DNA of 64,000 nucleotides from the IMG/VR virus record IMGVR_UViG_3300046170_000289. One strand, 5' to 3'. The position numbers were made by a program, and so were the translations under genes. Source of the stretch: a virus. The notes beneath the pieces are model-generated. The model was given only the letters and a program-made list of their open reading frames with translations, made no database searches and was not told the DNA's origin. Position 1 is the first letter of the stretch, and each line of letters starts with the position of its first letter. Shown here piece after piece: positions 16,883-27,644 of this stretch.

Positions 16883-17754
16883 TCCATCTCCCCCATCTTT
16901 TGCAATTCCGCTTCAGTAAACAATCCTGAGTCGGATAGTTTATTTATAAAGTCCTCATTCTTTGCTTTGAGGTTTGCTTTACGCATTTGCAATTCTGCGC
17001 GACCGCCCTTGTCCATTCTACCTTGTGCCTTTGGTTTCTTAGAACCACCTGCAGGTTGTGGACCAGCACCACCATCATCAACTCTTCTACCATGAGAGTA
17101 CTTTGCACCACTCCCTTTAGAATCACCAGAGACCATCTTGCCACCCTGTGAGCGACCGTCCTGATACTCTTTCTCACTCTGTCCGTGCTTACCTTTATAG
17201 AGCTCTGTCACGTCTTCTTCTTTGACACAGTTAGGGACATCTTTGCCGCCCTTCTTCTTAGTGCCACTTGCTTTGTATCCGTCCCAACACTTGCTAGCAC
17301 CCACATTCTTGCGTGCTTGCTTGAGACCTTCAAGCATTTCTTGATGGAGATCATCGATATCAATACCGACCACTTCTTCTTTAGTGGTCACACCGAGGTC
17401 AGCAGCATCTCTCGCTGACTTCTCACCTTTCTTACCGACAACAATGTAGCGACCGTCTGCCTTCTTACCAGTGATGAGCATAGAGTCACCACCTGATTGG
17501 ACAACACGACCAACATTTCGATCATCCTTATACTCTGCCTTCTTCTTGGAGACAGTGTTACGATCAACTTTGAATCCTGCATAGCCTTCAATTGTAGGCT
17601 CGTAAGCATCGAATGCTTCCATCACTTTCATGACACCTGTGTGGAGTCTCTGTGATTTGGGAAGAGTATCTTCTTCGATTGCCTTGAGGATATATGCCTG
17701 CTCAGTGGGATTGTAATCCATGAGTGCCGCAGACACCAGCATTTCTAACGTCAT
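16879..17754 (-). CDS. Lys/Gly-rich hypothetical protein, possible internal head protein
   Basis: 291 aa, KEE motifs; CTAAATA upstream. Confidence 0.7.
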   Translation of the reverse strand: MTLEMLVSAALMDYNPTEQAYILKAIEEDTLPKSQRLHTGVMKVMEAFDAYEPTIEGYAGFKVDRNTVSKKKAEYKDDRNVGRVVQSGGDSMLITGKKADGRYIVVGKKGEKSARDAADLGVTTKEEVVGIDIDDLHQEMLEGLKQARKNVGASKCWDGYKASGTKKKGGKDVPNCVKEEDVTELYKGKHGQSEKEYQDGRSQGGKMVSGDSKGSGAKYSHGRRVDDGGAGPQPAGGSKKPKAQGRMDKGGRAELQMRKANLKAKNEDFINKLSDSGLFTEAELQKMGEME

Positions 17755-17784
17755 GTTTCTAAACCGAAATGAATTTCGCTAATA

Positions 17785-18900
17785 CTATTTAGTTTGAGCA
17801 GATTTTCTGAAATCTGTGAATTTAATTGTCTTCTGACCAGGGGTCATGTCCTGAAGTGCTTGACGATAGCGATCAGTCCCTGCTTTCCAGGTGTTACCAC
17901 TGCCATCATCGGCACTGTAGTTACTCTGATCCTTAGTGGTGTCAGCAGCAACCTCTTGTGCATGACTAAGATCATCTGGTCCTAGTTGTGCAACTTCAGT
18001 GATGTGTTGTAACCAGCAGCGATGCTCACCACCCCAACCATCACGCATGATGATGTAGTTAGTGCCACGATGAGCAACCTTACCACGGATACCACTGTCA
18101 TCATGCTCTACAATTGCACCCACCTTGTAGATGTGGTTGAGCATATAGTGATCACGGAAGGCATCGAAGTCAAGTTTAGGAGCGTATGACCACACAGATT
18201 CGTGGACAGACTCACCCTTCTTACCCTTCTTCGCTTTAGGTGGAGGTGTCATCCCTTGGATAACATCACCCATCAGTTTCTTAGAGTCCTTGTATCCACC
18301 AGTCCCAAGATGGAATGATTCGTGATCTCCCCCTTGGGCATGTTTCCGCATTGCTGATGCTGACAGATTTTCGATAGGGTCATCACTATCAGTAGCACGA
18401 GCACCTGCAGACTTAATGTTAATAGACTTGAAGTCATAGTGCATACCATTATATTTGTTAGCAAGAGTTTCAAACTCTTTCACACGGTCATCTCCGACCA
18501 CCATAGTGACATGCTCATGTCCCTCATCATGGAGGTCACGAAGAATGTCAAAGATATTTCTATGTGCTTCGTTGTTTTGGATAGCATCCTTGTGCCCCTT
18601 AAACATCTTACGCATATGATCCACCTTCTGATGTGCAGTCAGTGGATTCTTCTTATGATCTTGTGATCTAGAAGGGTAGATACGATAGTTACCTGAGTCA
18701 CCACCATGTGCCTTGACTGCATCAAGGAGTTTACCATGACCAGCATGGGGTGGGTTAAACCTACCGAAGGTGATAGCAACATGCTTATCATCTAACTTTG
18801 CTTGGGCAGCAGGAGACTTCCCCTTATTAGAAGTGGAAGGTTTCTTAGCAGCAGGCTTTGCTGCAGCTGCTGCCTCCCTGATAAATTGAATAAATCTCAT
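17785..18900 (-). CDS. HIGH-superfamily nucleotidyl (cytidylyl) transferase-like protein
   Basis: TFGRFNPPHAGH, VVGDDRV, SASAMR; start MRFIQFIRE with ATGA overlap. Confidence 0.85.
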   Translation of the reverse strand: MRFIQFIREAAAAAKPAAKKPSTSNKGKSPAAQAKLDDKHVAITFGRFNPPHAGHGKLLDAVKAHGGDSGNYRIYPSRSQDHKKNPLTAHQKVDHMRKMFKGHKDAIQNNEAHRNIFDILRDLHDEGHEHVTMVVGDDRVKEFETLANKYNGMHYDFKSINIKSAGARATDSDDPIENLSASAMRKHAQGGDHESFHLGTGGYKDSKKLMGDVIQGMTPPPKAKKGKKGESVHESVWSYAPKLDFDAFRDHYMLNHIYKVGAIVEHDDSGIRGKVAHRGTNYIIMRDGWGGEHRCWLQHITEVAQLGPDDLSHAQEVAADTTKDQSNYSADDGSGNTWKAGTDRYRQALQDMTPGQKTIKFTDFRKSAQTK

Positions 18901-20096
18901 TTGCCCCAATCTTTTGCGACGGTGAAGTTTGCTCGTGAAAACTCTAGACGATCAACAAGTTTGATTGCTTGTCCATCCATGATTGCTACAAATCCTTCTG
19001 GACTTGTGACACGGTATCCTTTCTCGTCTTCCAAGAAAGTACCCACGCCTTCAATCTTTGTAAGTTTATTTATCACTTGCTCTTTTGCAGCGATAAGGTC
19101 CTTGAATCCAGTAAATGTATGGATCATTACAGACTTATTATTATTTAGGTAAGCGAGAGCGTCTACCTTACGACGCTTCCACTCTTCCTGTGACTTCTCA
19201 GTCTTTTTCTTCTTGATCTCATCGTCATATTTCTTGGTCACAAAGTTAACATAACCAGTAGCAATGCCCTCTGCAGAGGGGACAGTGCCACCACGAATGA
19301 CTTGGTTGAAGTAGATCTTGAAGAGAGCAGGAGGTGCAAAGGTCTGTGGTCCACCTGCCTTCTGGATCTCATCTAGAAACTTCTTACCCTTAGCAAGACT
19401 ACGCTGTGCCTTACCGATAGTGCCATTGAGTTTGCTGATCTCACCTGGTGCAAGGTTTGCAATGCCATTGGTATTCTGGAAGGTGGAGGAGAAGACTGCA
19501 ACGTCTTTGACACCCTGCATACCAGATACATCAACACCGAAACCAGCACTCATATCACCAATGGAGGATCCACTGTAGGAGGTGTGGAATACAATGCCCA
19601 ACTTAGACTTAGCAACCTTAGCACCTAACTCAGAGTGCTTAGGAATCACATAGGTAATGGTGTTAGGTTTGAAGTTGTAGCATGGTTGACCACGCATGGC
19701 GATGACGTTAGGTCTCTTGGTATAGAGAAGGTCACCCTGCACAACACCTTTGATAGGAAGTTTCTTTAACTCCTTGAGGCACTGCTTCAGGATGTCAGCG
19801 ATTGCACCACCAGGATAGTGGAAGTCAATAAACTCATCAGTGTAACAAATCTTAGGAGCAGTCTTATTGAAGACTGACTTGGTGCCAACGAAAAACTCTC
19901 CTGTCTCAGGATCTGTGCCGCAAATGATAGCAGGAGCACCGTCCCACTTCACAGTCACCTTGGTGTTGTTGCCACCCTTACCTGTGGTGAGCATGTCACG
20001 AAGAGACTCTAGGAATCTAACAGCGTTGGTAGCGCCAGCAGATCCTTGGTTGAAGATGTCGTCTTCTAGGTGCTCTAGGTGTGTGTTTTTTGCCAT
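18897..20096 (-). CDS. Conserved T4-like protein (MAKNTHLEHLED family)
   Basis: 399 aa; VKWDGAPAI, SPEGFVA, KLVDRLEFS. Confidence 0.8.
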   Translation of the reverse strand: MAKNTHLEHLEDDIFNQGSAGATNAVRFLESLRDMLTTGKGGNNTKVTVKWDGAPAIICGTDPETGEFFVGTKSVFNKTAPKICYTDEFIDFHYPGGAIADILKQCLKELKKLPIKGVVQGDLLYTKRPNVIAMRGQPCYNFKPNTITYVIPKHSELGAKVAKSKLGIVFHTSYSGSSIGDMSAGFGVDVSGMQGVKDVAVFSSTFQNTNGIANLAPGEISKLNGTIGKAQRSLAKGKKFLDEIQKAGGPQTFAPPALFKIYFNQVIRGGTVPSAEGIATGYVNFVTKKYDDEIKKKKTEKSQEEWKRRKVDALAYLNNNKSVMIHTFTGFKDLIAAKEQVINKLTKIEGVGTFLEDEKGYRVTSPEGFVAIMDGQAIKLVDRLEFSRANFTVAKDWGK

Positions 20097-20102
20097 GGTC
20101 TT

Positions 20103-20150
20103 ATTATAGGGCAGAATGGGGGCAACGTCAGGGTAGAGTGGACACTTATA
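20103..20150 (-). promoter_or_regulatory. Sigma70-like promoter with upstream conserved box
   Basis: TATAAGTGTCCACTCTACCC then CTGACG-N17-TATAAT. Confidence 0.55.
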
Positions 20151-20934
20151 AACCTGGCTTCAGCAGGAAGTTAGCATCCTTGTCTAGGTCATGACTGCTC
20201 TTACCGAGTCCTGTTATCTTGATTGCCATCAGGAATGACCACCTTGCATTGGATGAAGAGTTAGTCTTAATACGAATCCTAATACTACTCTCTCTTACAG
20301 AGGAAGAGAATCGTGGACATCCATATCCCTCAGGATCTCTTCCCATATAAAATAATCCTTTACCCTTCACCTGTATATAATAAGTATTCTTTGAGTTATA
20401 ATACTTCTCTACTTCTTGTGCTGCTGCTGATCCCTTTGCTAGAAACTTATCTGGAAATCTTTTAAGATCTAATTTGTGTGCTGCCTTACGTTGATCAAGT
20501 GATGAGCTACTACTCAACGTAAACTTAGCAGGTATATTTTTTTGTGGTTGCCAATGAGAATTCGCTTCTCTTATGATGCCATAGGACTCGGCAATACCAA
20601 TCATTGTCTTTGCTGCTTCTTTCTGAGCAGACGCTTTATTCTTGTCAATGGTAAATTGCATTGACGAAGTATCAAAATCAAAATTCATTTGAGCGAAGTC
20701 GGCAGACAACTTCTCTTTCAACTCAAACTTAATTATCTGATTTTTATATGTGGGTGTCAATTCCAAGTCTGCCTTGGCACTATCTGCTCCTGCAGGATCA
20801 GACACAGTAAAACCTTCCTCTCTCAACTTCTTAATGAGATCCAATTCATACTGGAATCCAGCATTCATCTTTATCTCTTGTGGAGAGGGACCGTCCCCAT
20901 CGTATAATGGCTCTGTGTCGATCTTCTTCGGCAT
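20146..20934 (-). CDS. Hypothetical protein, possible PD-(D/E)xK nuclease fold
   Basis: ADLEL...KFELK spacing; AT-rich. Confidence 0.6.
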   Translation of the reverse strand: MPKKIDTEPLYDGDGPSPQEIKMNAGFQYELDLIKKLREEGFTVSDPAGADSAKADLELTPTYKNQIIKFELKEKLSADFAQMNFDFDTSSMQFTIDKNKASAQKEAAKTMIGIAESYGIIREANSHWQPQKNIPAKFTLSSSSSLDQRKAAHKLDLKRFPDKFLAKGSAAAQEVEKYYNSKNTYYIQVKGKGLFYMGRDPEGYGCPRFSSSVRESSIRIRIKTNSSSNARWSFLMAIKITGLGKSSHDLDKDANFLLKPGL

Positions 20935-20960
20935 TAGATAGAGAAATTCTACCTAACTAT

Positions 20961-21197
20961 TTAGTCAGGTGCTTTAGAAGGGATCCATGGGTCACGAGTT
21001 TTGTTTTTGATAACAATGAAGGCATCCTTATTATACTTACGATGCCCTTTAGGTGATGACCACTTCTTATTGTAACCTTCAGGTTGATCGATACCAGAGA
21101 CAACAGTGCCTCCAATCTCGATCGCAATGTCATCATGTCTTACATCCCACCCAAGAGTTTGCATGGTCTCCCAGAAATCTTCTTGTGTAAACCTCAT
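20961..21197 (-). CDS. Hypothetical protein
   Basis: 78-aa ORF. Confidence 0.65.
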   Translation of the reverse strand: MRFTQEDFWETMQTLGWDVRHDDIAIEIGGTVVSGIDQPEGYNKKWSSPKGHRKYNKDAFIVIKNKTRDPWIPSKAPD

Positions 21198-21312
21198 CGT
21201 CCAAACCTCTGATCCATTTTAAGTTTAATGTAATACATTCCCAACAACCAAACGGAGAAGAGAAATCCTTCCCCGTAACTCATGGTATTCCATGCGTGGA
21301 CTGCGCTATCCA

Positions 21313-21969
21313 TTAGATATCTCCAGGAGCACGATTCTCACTGTAGTTAACATCAAACATACCCTCAGGGTAACGTGCTGCCAGTTTCAGTGTGTTGATA
21401 TAGATGATCTCATCAAGTCGCATGTCCAGTGCCATGGCAGCATTGGCAACATACCACATGATATCACCCAACTCTTTCTGCAGGTGCTCTTTGTTAGCAG
21501 TGTCCCAAGGTTTGCCTTGGAATTTAATCTTCTTAACGATCTCCATAAACTCTCCACCCTCTGCACAGATACCTGCAGCAGCAGTGTCAAGACGCTCAAT
21601 GTTACAACCTGCTTTGTGCAACTCAGTGAGTCGCTCCATGTAAGAAACGTAGTCCTTACTAGCAGGAGAAGTAACACGATCTACAAAACTGCAATAGCGA
21701 TCAAGATCCACTTCAAACTTTTCTTTACCACCCCCCGCTGCAGCGGCAGCAGCTTTCTTCTCTGCTGCTTTCTTCTTGGTCTTGGGTGCAACAACGTCTT
21801 CGTTGTTAAGCATCTCCTCAGGGGTCTTGGGAGTAGCGTCAGCGACCTGTTGAGCACGTTGACGCTCGTCTTCAATCTTCTCTTGGGCATCACCAGAGAT
21901 TTTCTCTGCTTGATTTTCCAACTCATAATTAGGGTCACCACTTTGGGTGAAATTGTTAGGGTCGCTCAT
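21313..21969 (-). CDS. mazG: MazG-like NTP pyrophosphohydrolase with N-terminal extension
   Basis: AEGGEFMEIVKK and KELGDIMWY motifs. Confidence 0.9.
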   Translation of the reverse strand: MSDPNNFTQSGDPNYELENQAEKISGDAQEKIEDERQRAQQVADATPKTPEEMLNNEDVVAPKTKKKAAEKKAAAAAAGGGKEKFEVDLDRYCSFVDRVTSPASKDYVSYMERLTELHKAGCNIERLDTAAAGICAEGGEFMEIVKKIKFQGKPWDTANKEHLQKELGDIMWYVANAAMALDMRLDEIIYINTLKLAARYPEGMFDVNYSENRAPGDI

Positions 21970-23342
21970 ACTTTGAATCCGTCAAAACTTTTTTTAGTAT
22001 CGGTGAATGCATCCTCACTGATGTCACCAGCATCAATGATGTTGTCCTGGGCGGACTGGTCACAATCATACAGCCTCATCTTCGCCCTGTCAATACCTAC
22101 AACGAATCGCTTGAATACTGTGGGATCATTGTATCTATTTTTAAGTTGCTTGACCATGATCTGACCAAGTTGCTCCATCTCTTCTGTGGATATAAGCGCG
22201 ACCATAAGGTCAGCAGTAGCAGGCAGTCCAAAAGACTCACTGGTATCAGTAATATCCACATCAGAATTTCCATAGCCGCTTCGTGTAGTTTGGGTAGCAG
22301 AGACAATAGGGACATTCAACTTGCCAGCGAGTCCTCTAAGCTCCTCTGCGATAGACTTAACATATGTATAGGAGTTGACAATAGTCCCCTTGTATCGTGA
22401 GGATGCACAGATATTCAGGTAGTCAACGAATACAATGTCAGGATGGAAACCTTTCTTGAGTGACAATTCATTCAAGAGTGCCTCAAAGTGTCCCACATGT
22501 GCAGACGCTGTGGGATACTCTTTGATAACCAACCGACCTTGTGTCTTCTTCTTAAGAGAGTCTACCTTCTTGGTATACCTCTCTTTAGTAAGCATGGGAT
22601 CACTCAGTTGTTGGATCGGGATGTCCAGAAGGTTGGCGTCAATTCGCTCAGCAATCTTCTCCTCTGCCATCTCAAGTGTAATGTAGAGTACGTTCCTCCC
22701 CTGCAGGAGACTGGCACTAGCGCAGTGGCACATGAATAGAGACTTCCCGACGCCCGTACCAGCAAGTGCGATGTTGAGAGTCTTATTAGGCAGCCCACCT
22801 TTTGTAATTTTGTTAAAATAGTCGATGTCAAAGGGAATCTTCTCCTCTTTCCTGTGGTAAAAGTCGTAACGGTCTGATGCATCGGAGATGTAATCGTGAC
22901 CTACATGATCATCAAAACAGACGCCCAATGCCTCAGACATAATGCTGGGGATGGCGTCCTTTGTCCTAGTCTTATCTTGTCCATCAGCAATCTTAACCGA
23001 CTCCATGAGAGCGAGGTAGACTGCCCTTTCCTTACACCACTTCTCAGTGGTCTCCATCAACCATTCATCATTGTAAGTATCACGATCTAGGTTATCAAGG
23101 AAGGTTTCAATCTCCTTGTAAGTGTCTTCCGTGATGTCACGTCGCTGCTCAATCTCAATCTTTAGAGCGTTAGGCTCTGGATTGATATCATACTCACTGA
23201 TGTATTCCTGAATCGTCTGAAACAACAGACGGTTAGTAAACATATCGAAGTATTCATCCTTAATGAAAGGCAAAACCTTTCGACAGTAATCTTCCTCAAG
23301 GATAAGTTTACTGAGTGCAATCTCTTCGATCTTTAGGCTCAT
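21966..23342 (-). CDS. 41: Replicative helicase (T4 gp41)
   Basis: AGTGVGKS Walker A, IVFVDYL, ESFGLPATAD. Confidence 0.97.
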   Translation of the reverse strand: MSLKIEEIALSKLILEEDYCRKVLPFIKDEYFDMFTNRLLFQTIQEYISEYDINPEPNALKIEIEQRRDITEDTYKEIETFLDNLDRDTYNDEWLMETTEKWCKERAVYLALMESVKIADGQDKTRTKDAIPSIMSEALGVCFDDHVGHDYISDASDRYDFYHRKEEKIPFDIDYFNKITKGGLPNKTLNIALAGTGVGKSLFMCHCASASLLQGRNVLYITLEMAEEKIAERIDANLLDIPIQQLSDPMLTKERYTKKVDSLKKKTQGRLVIKEYPTASAHVGHFEALLNELSLKKGFHPDIVFVDYLNICASSRYKGTIVNSYTYVKSIAEELRGLAGKLNVPIVSATQTTRSGYGNSDVDITDTSESFGLPATADLMVALISTEEMEQLGQIMVKQLKNRYNDPTVFKRFVVGIDRAKMRLYDCDQSAQDNIIDAGDISEDAFTDTKKSFDGFKV

Positions 23343-23899
23343 TGATAATGTAGATAGGTGGTCAATTCATACTTGTCATTACTGATAGGAGCGTTGTCCG
23401 AGTAAGGAAACGTCCACCCAGGTGGATATAATACCACATCACCTTGCTGTGGTTTAATTTTGAGTCCGACTTGAGGAAATTCCATTTCGCCTCCCTCCTC
23501 AACATCGTTAAGGAAGAATTTGTATGCTAGGAATCTCTTAGCAGAGTCAGCATCACCAACGTCGATATGTAAACCGAAGTTATCTCCAGTCTCGACATTG
23601 TATTTATTCAATTTGATCTGCTCCAGGTTATTCTTTGCTGCCCAGAATTTCTCGCAGTCCAATTCCTTCATGTATTCATGTGCAGACCACTGAATGATAG
23701 GCACAATCTGTTGTTGGATTGCATTCCACTCGTGATCTCCCTGGTCTGCCAGGTAAGAAACATTGATGATGTTATATTGAGGGATGCCATCATCCCATCT
23801 CATCATCTTGTCACAAGCGTCAGCCTTGATGACTGTGTGACGGCACACGTTTGGATCAAGCACCTTAGGATAGATTTTAATCCACTCCTTATGCTCCAT
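23339..23899 (-). CDS. 2OG-Fe(II) oxygenase-like protein, distal His replaced by Tyr
   Basis: [23 protein letters not shown]. Confidence 0.8.
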   Translation of the reverse strand: MEHKEWIKIYPKVLDPNVCRHTVIKADACDKMMRWDDGIPQYNIINVSYLADQGDHEWNAIQQQIVPIIQWSAHEYMKELDCEKFWAAKNNLEQIKLNKYNVETGDNFGLHIDVGDADSAKRFLAYKFFLNDVEEGGEMEFPQVGLKIKPQQGDVVLYPPGWTFPYSDNAPISNDKYELTTYLHYQ

Positions 23900-24902
23900 A
23901 GGAAAACTCCTGCTCTGCTGCTTTGTCAAGTTTCATCATCACTTCGGGGGTGAAGTATTTTTCAGGGTCAGAAAGAATAGACTTAGGATAGACAGAAGAC
24001 TCACCAAACTTGATACGATTACCGACCCGTTGGAAGACTCCATACTTCTCACCCAACTCCAGTAGTCCGAAATAGCGGTCAAGTCCACGCTCGTCGTAAT
24101 AAAGTCTGGTTTCAACGTCGGCATTCTCCTTACTCAGACGCGACTTAGCAGTCTTTGCCTTGATAATGTTTCCAATGACTTCCTTACCATCCTTCTCCTT
24201 CTTCTTGCTGAGATAGATGATTGTAGATGCAGCATACTTGAGTCCACTGCCTCCACCCATTTCTTTTGTAGGGACATAAGATCCAATAACATCGTAAGTG
24301 TGGTTAGTAACGATCATAGGCACGTTTGCTTTGCCCAGTTTAAGGGTGAGCACACGGAAGATAGACTTAACTACCTGTGCCCGTGACATATCGCGGGTCT
24401 CTTTACCCGCCTCGGTGTCCTCAATCTCCTTAGAGGTCGAGAGCATACCCAGAGAGTCTAGCACAAACATCATGGGTTGGCGAGACTCTTCAGGCATCTG
24501 TAGATACTTATCAATGATCTTGATTGCCTGCTGCCTAAACTCCTGCACTGTTGTAACAGGGACAATAACCATACGCTTAGAGTCAATCTTGCGTGACTCA
24601 ATCATATTCTTACTGATAGCAGACTCAGATTCAAAATAGATTACACCTGCGTCAGGATCCATGTCAAGAAAATGCTTGACAATGCCAAGGCAATAGAAAG
24701 TCTTACCAGTTGAAGACTCGCCTGCCAGAGCTGTAATCTTATTGGACGGGATGCCACCATAGATCGATCCAGATACCAGTGCATTAAAAATATAACTGCC
24801 AGTATCAATGTAAGAGGTGGTATCACCTGCTGCAACTCCGTCTGAAACCAGACCAGCGTATTCATTATCGATCTCCTTTACGATATCGGAAAGAAAATTC
24901 AC
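23889..24902 (-). CDS. uvsX: RecA-like recombinase
   Basis: [24 protein letters not shown]; GTG start overlapping gp43 stop. Confidence 0.95.
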   Translation of the reverse strand: MNFLSDIVKEIDNEYAGLVSDGVAAGDTTSYIDTGSYIFNALVSGSIYGGIPSNKITALAGESSTGKTFYCLGIVKHFLDMDPDAGVIYFESESAISKNMIESRKIDSKRMVIVPVTTVQEFRQQAIKIIDKYLQMPEESRQPMMFVLDSLGMLSTSKEIEDTEAGKETRDMSRAQVVKSIFRVLTLKLGKANVPMIVTNHTYDVIGSYVPTKEMGGGSGLKYAASTIIYLSKKKEKDGKEVIGNIIKAKTAKSRLSKENADVETRLYYDERGLDRYFGLLELGEKYGVFQRVGNRIKFGESSVYPKSILSDPEKYFTPEVMMKLDKAAEQEFSYGA

Positions 24903-27406
24903 GACCACAATGCCTCCAGGGTGTTTACTTTTTCGGGTTTCCAACCAATGGTGTCTAAGATCACAGTCAAAGGGTCAAGAAACGACTTCTTAAACTGTAA
25001 GTCATAGTCTATGCTTTTGTCAAGTCCAAACTCGGTTGGAAGAGTCTGGAAGAATGAGATCACATTCTCGTTGATCTTGTTTGGTGTCCTCAGCATCACA
25101 TACTTGATCTTCTCACCCTCTTGGATGATGGGATACTTGTGTGCGAGTTTTCTCTTCTTGATGTAGAAGTTATACAGCAGTGCTCCTCGCACATGCATGG
25201 GACATCCCTTGCCATAGATGGTAGCAGGTGACGAATTCTTTGCCACGTTGTTACATCCACGGGGGAATGCGATCTCTTCTACAGGCATCGCTTCAAACTT
25301 CTTACGGAAGTCAGCGATAAACTTCTGCAACTCATCCTCTGTGCCATTCATGATGACCTTCAGAGCGTCCTTAATTGCAGTGCGACAGGGTGCAGGGGTG
25401 GAAGACTTAACTGCCTCAATGCCGTTGATCTTAAGTTTAGGTGTCTTGTATCGGACACCCTCAGAGTCAAACACATTGAGGATATATCTTTTCTTAGCAG
25501 TCCAGATGCCACGGTTAGCGATATTCTCTCGCTTCATAAACATCTTCTGGTCATATGCATTTACATAGGACGCCAACGCTTCATAAGAATTTCCAATATA
25601 CTTCTCAAATTCCACTTCACACACCTTGTTAAGGAACCCAACAATACTCTCATCGCTCGCCTCTCTGCCCTTGAATACCTCGTGTACAAAAGGACCCAGA
25701 TTGAGATAGATGGAATCAGTATCAGCAGCAATAACGTAGTCAACATCAGTAGTCCTCAATATTTTATTAAGGTAAGCATTCATTTTGTTTTGAATCCATC
25801 GGATGCTTACCTGTCCCGATAGAGTAATCGCTTCAGCGTTTGCCAAAGAGTAGTATCGGAAGTATTGGTTTCCGATGGCTCCATAGGCGGAGTTGAGTTG
25901 GATTTTTCTTGCCATTTGGATGTTGTTGAATTTGGACACATCCTTTTGTAATGCCAAGGTTTCTGCAGGTGTGGTGGCATCTTCGAGATTTTGCTTAGCG
26001 GCAAGCATTCTCTTCTTGTAAATGGTTCTTTCATCGTAGATTCTCTGCATCATTTGTGGAAGGAAACCAAGAATATCTTTACGATATTGAGCGCCATTGG
26101 CACACACACAACCTTCTCCCTCGAAGACTACTTCTTGATTAAGTATTCGATCAACTGTAACCGTTGGGTGTCGTTCATCCAGGAGCGTCTCGGGGGAGAT
26201 GTTATACTGCATAATAAGATGAGGATAGAGAGAGTTAAGGTCAAAAGAGACCACCCAATCATAGCTTCCTGGTATCGGTTCTTTAACATATGCCCCCGCA
26301 TACTTGTCATCCTTCTTAGTAGTTAGGCGAGGTGGCACCACAATGTTGCGTCCCTTAAGATCATTGTAGATCAGGGTATCCCACATGCGGACCTGAGAAT
26401 ATACATCCTCAAGGTTTACCTTAGCGTCATACGCCATGGTAACTGCCAACTCGATTAACTTCATCTTATCTTCCAACATGTCAACCAGATTCACGTCATG
26501 GATGTTGTATTCCACGAAGCGTTGCCAGTCTGACGTATAGAAATCCTTGAAGTTTTCAAACTCCGAGTGGTCCAACTTCTTATCACCCAACTCAACCATA
26601 GCGATATGGTCTAGGCGATAGGATTCCTGGTTAGTGTAAGTGAATTTCTTATAGAGATCTAGGTAATCAAGGATCGCTACACCAGTGATTTCATACGCTA
26701 TATTGGTGCGTCCCATCATCTTGATCTCTCTGTCAATGACCCTATTCCAGGGGGACAAAGACTTCTTCCACTTCTCACCTAGCACCCGCTCGATACGACG
26801 ACAGATGTAAGGGATGTCATACAGGTTGTTATTCCATCCAGTAATGATATCAGGGGTATTCTGATTCCACCATGAGTGAAAGTCCTGTAGCATCTCTTGC
26901 TCTGTCCAGAAGACTCGGTATTCAATACCCTCAGGAGGTACAAACTCTCTGGTCCCCCAGGTGATTGTCTCCTTGGTATTGAAATTCTTCATCGTAATAC
27001 AAAGCATCTCCTCAGCAGATGCTTCAACGTCTGGGAATCCATTCTCACAGGCAACCTCAATATCAATTGTCCAGATCTTCATCTTGGACATATCATAATC
27101 AATTTCACCCTTCCATTTTTGAGCGATGTGTTGGTAAACAAACCGCTCGTATCCATGGACTTCCAGACCCGATGCGCCCTCATACTGTTTGATAAACTCC
27201 CGTGCTTCACGAGCGCCATCAAACTGCTTAGGGAAAGCATAACGACCATCCAGTGTCTTAAACTTACTTGTCTTCTGTTGTGCGTTAGGCACTAGAAACA
27301 AAGTAGGGCGAGACTTCTCCCGATACTGCACGGGGTCTCCGTGCTCGTAACCTCGGATGAGAATGTCATCGCCCAGTAGACAGACACTTGTATAAAAATC
27401 ACTCAT
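24899..27406 (-). CDS. 43: Family B DNA polymerase (T4 gp43)
   Basis: DIEV exonuclease, [23 protein letters not shown]. Confidence 0.98.
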   Translation of the reverse strand: MSDFYTSVCLLGDDILIRGYEHGDPVQYREKSRPTLFLVPNAQQKTSKFKTLDGRYAFPKQFDGAREAREFIKQYEGASGLEVHGYERFVYQHIAQKWKGEIDYDMSKMKIWTIDIEVACENGFPDVEASAEEMLCITMKNFNTKETITWGTREFVPPEGIEYRVFWTEQEMLQDFHSWWNQNTPDIITGWNNNLYDIPYICRRIERVLGEKWKKSLSPWNRVIDREIKMMGRTNIAYEITGVAILDYLDLYKKFTYTNQESYRLDHIAMVELGDKKLDHSEFENFKDFYTSDWQRFVEYNIHDVNLVDMLEDKMKLIELAVTMAYDAKVNLEDVYSQVRMWDTLIYNDLKGRNIVVPPRLTTKKDDKYAGAYVKEPIPGSYDWVVSFDLNSLYPHLIMQYNISPETLLDERHPTVTVDRILNQEVVFEGEGCVCANGAQYRKDILGFLPQMMQRIYDERTIYKKRMLAAKQNLEDATTPAETLALQKDVSKFNNIQMARKIQLNSAYGAIGNQYFRYYSLANAEAITLSGQVSIRWIQNKMNAYLNKILRTTDVDYVIAADTDSIYLNLGPFVHEVFKGREASDESIVGFLNKVCEVEFEKYIGNSYEALASYVNAYDQKMFMKRENIANRGIWTAKKRYILNVFDSEGVRYKTPKLKINGIEAVKSSTPAPCRTAIKDALKVIMNGTEDELQKFIADFRKKFEAMPVEEIAFPRGCNNVAKNSSPATIYGKGCPMHVRGALLYNFYIKKRKLAHKYPIIQEGEKIKYVMLRTPNKINENVISFFQTLPTEFGLDKSIDYDLQFKKSFLDPLTVILDTIGWKPEKVNTLEALWS

Positions 27407-27644
27407 TAACTGCTTTCTGGTATGCTGCCAGCACTGCGGGTGCAGGATCCAGTATAGACATAATATCCGTAGATGTCAAGAAGAGGAATCGTTGGTCAGT
27501 GTGGAGAGGATACACTTGCACAGTGCCATCCGACTCAATCACATGTGAATCTTCCAGTAGGAGACTGGGTTCTTCATCCATCTCAGTCAGTTTACCAACT
27601 AGGTATGTGTTTGGATGATGTTTAAGAATTAAAACTTTGATCAT
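27399..27644 (-). CDS. Hypothetical protein
   Basis: 81-aa ORF coupled to its neighbours. Confidence 0.7.
   Translation of the reverse strand: MIKVLILKHHPNTYLVGKLTEMDEEPSLLLEDSHVIESDGTVQVYPLHTDQRFLFLTSTDIMSILDPAPAVLAAYQKAVNE

Noticed and set aside
21194-21283. 29-aa peptide MSYGEGFLFSVWLLGMYYIKLKMDQRFGR
   Set aside because: It fills a gap with an ATGA overlap but is too short, has no clear RBS, and cannot be supported without homologs.
21292-22164. 290-aa plus-strand ORF, and other long plus-strand ORFs such as 57078-57773, 57631-58332, 52101-52802, 50441-51121 and 39677-40288
   Set aside because: They are antisense shadows of well-supported minus-strand genes, with no RBS or recognisable motifs.
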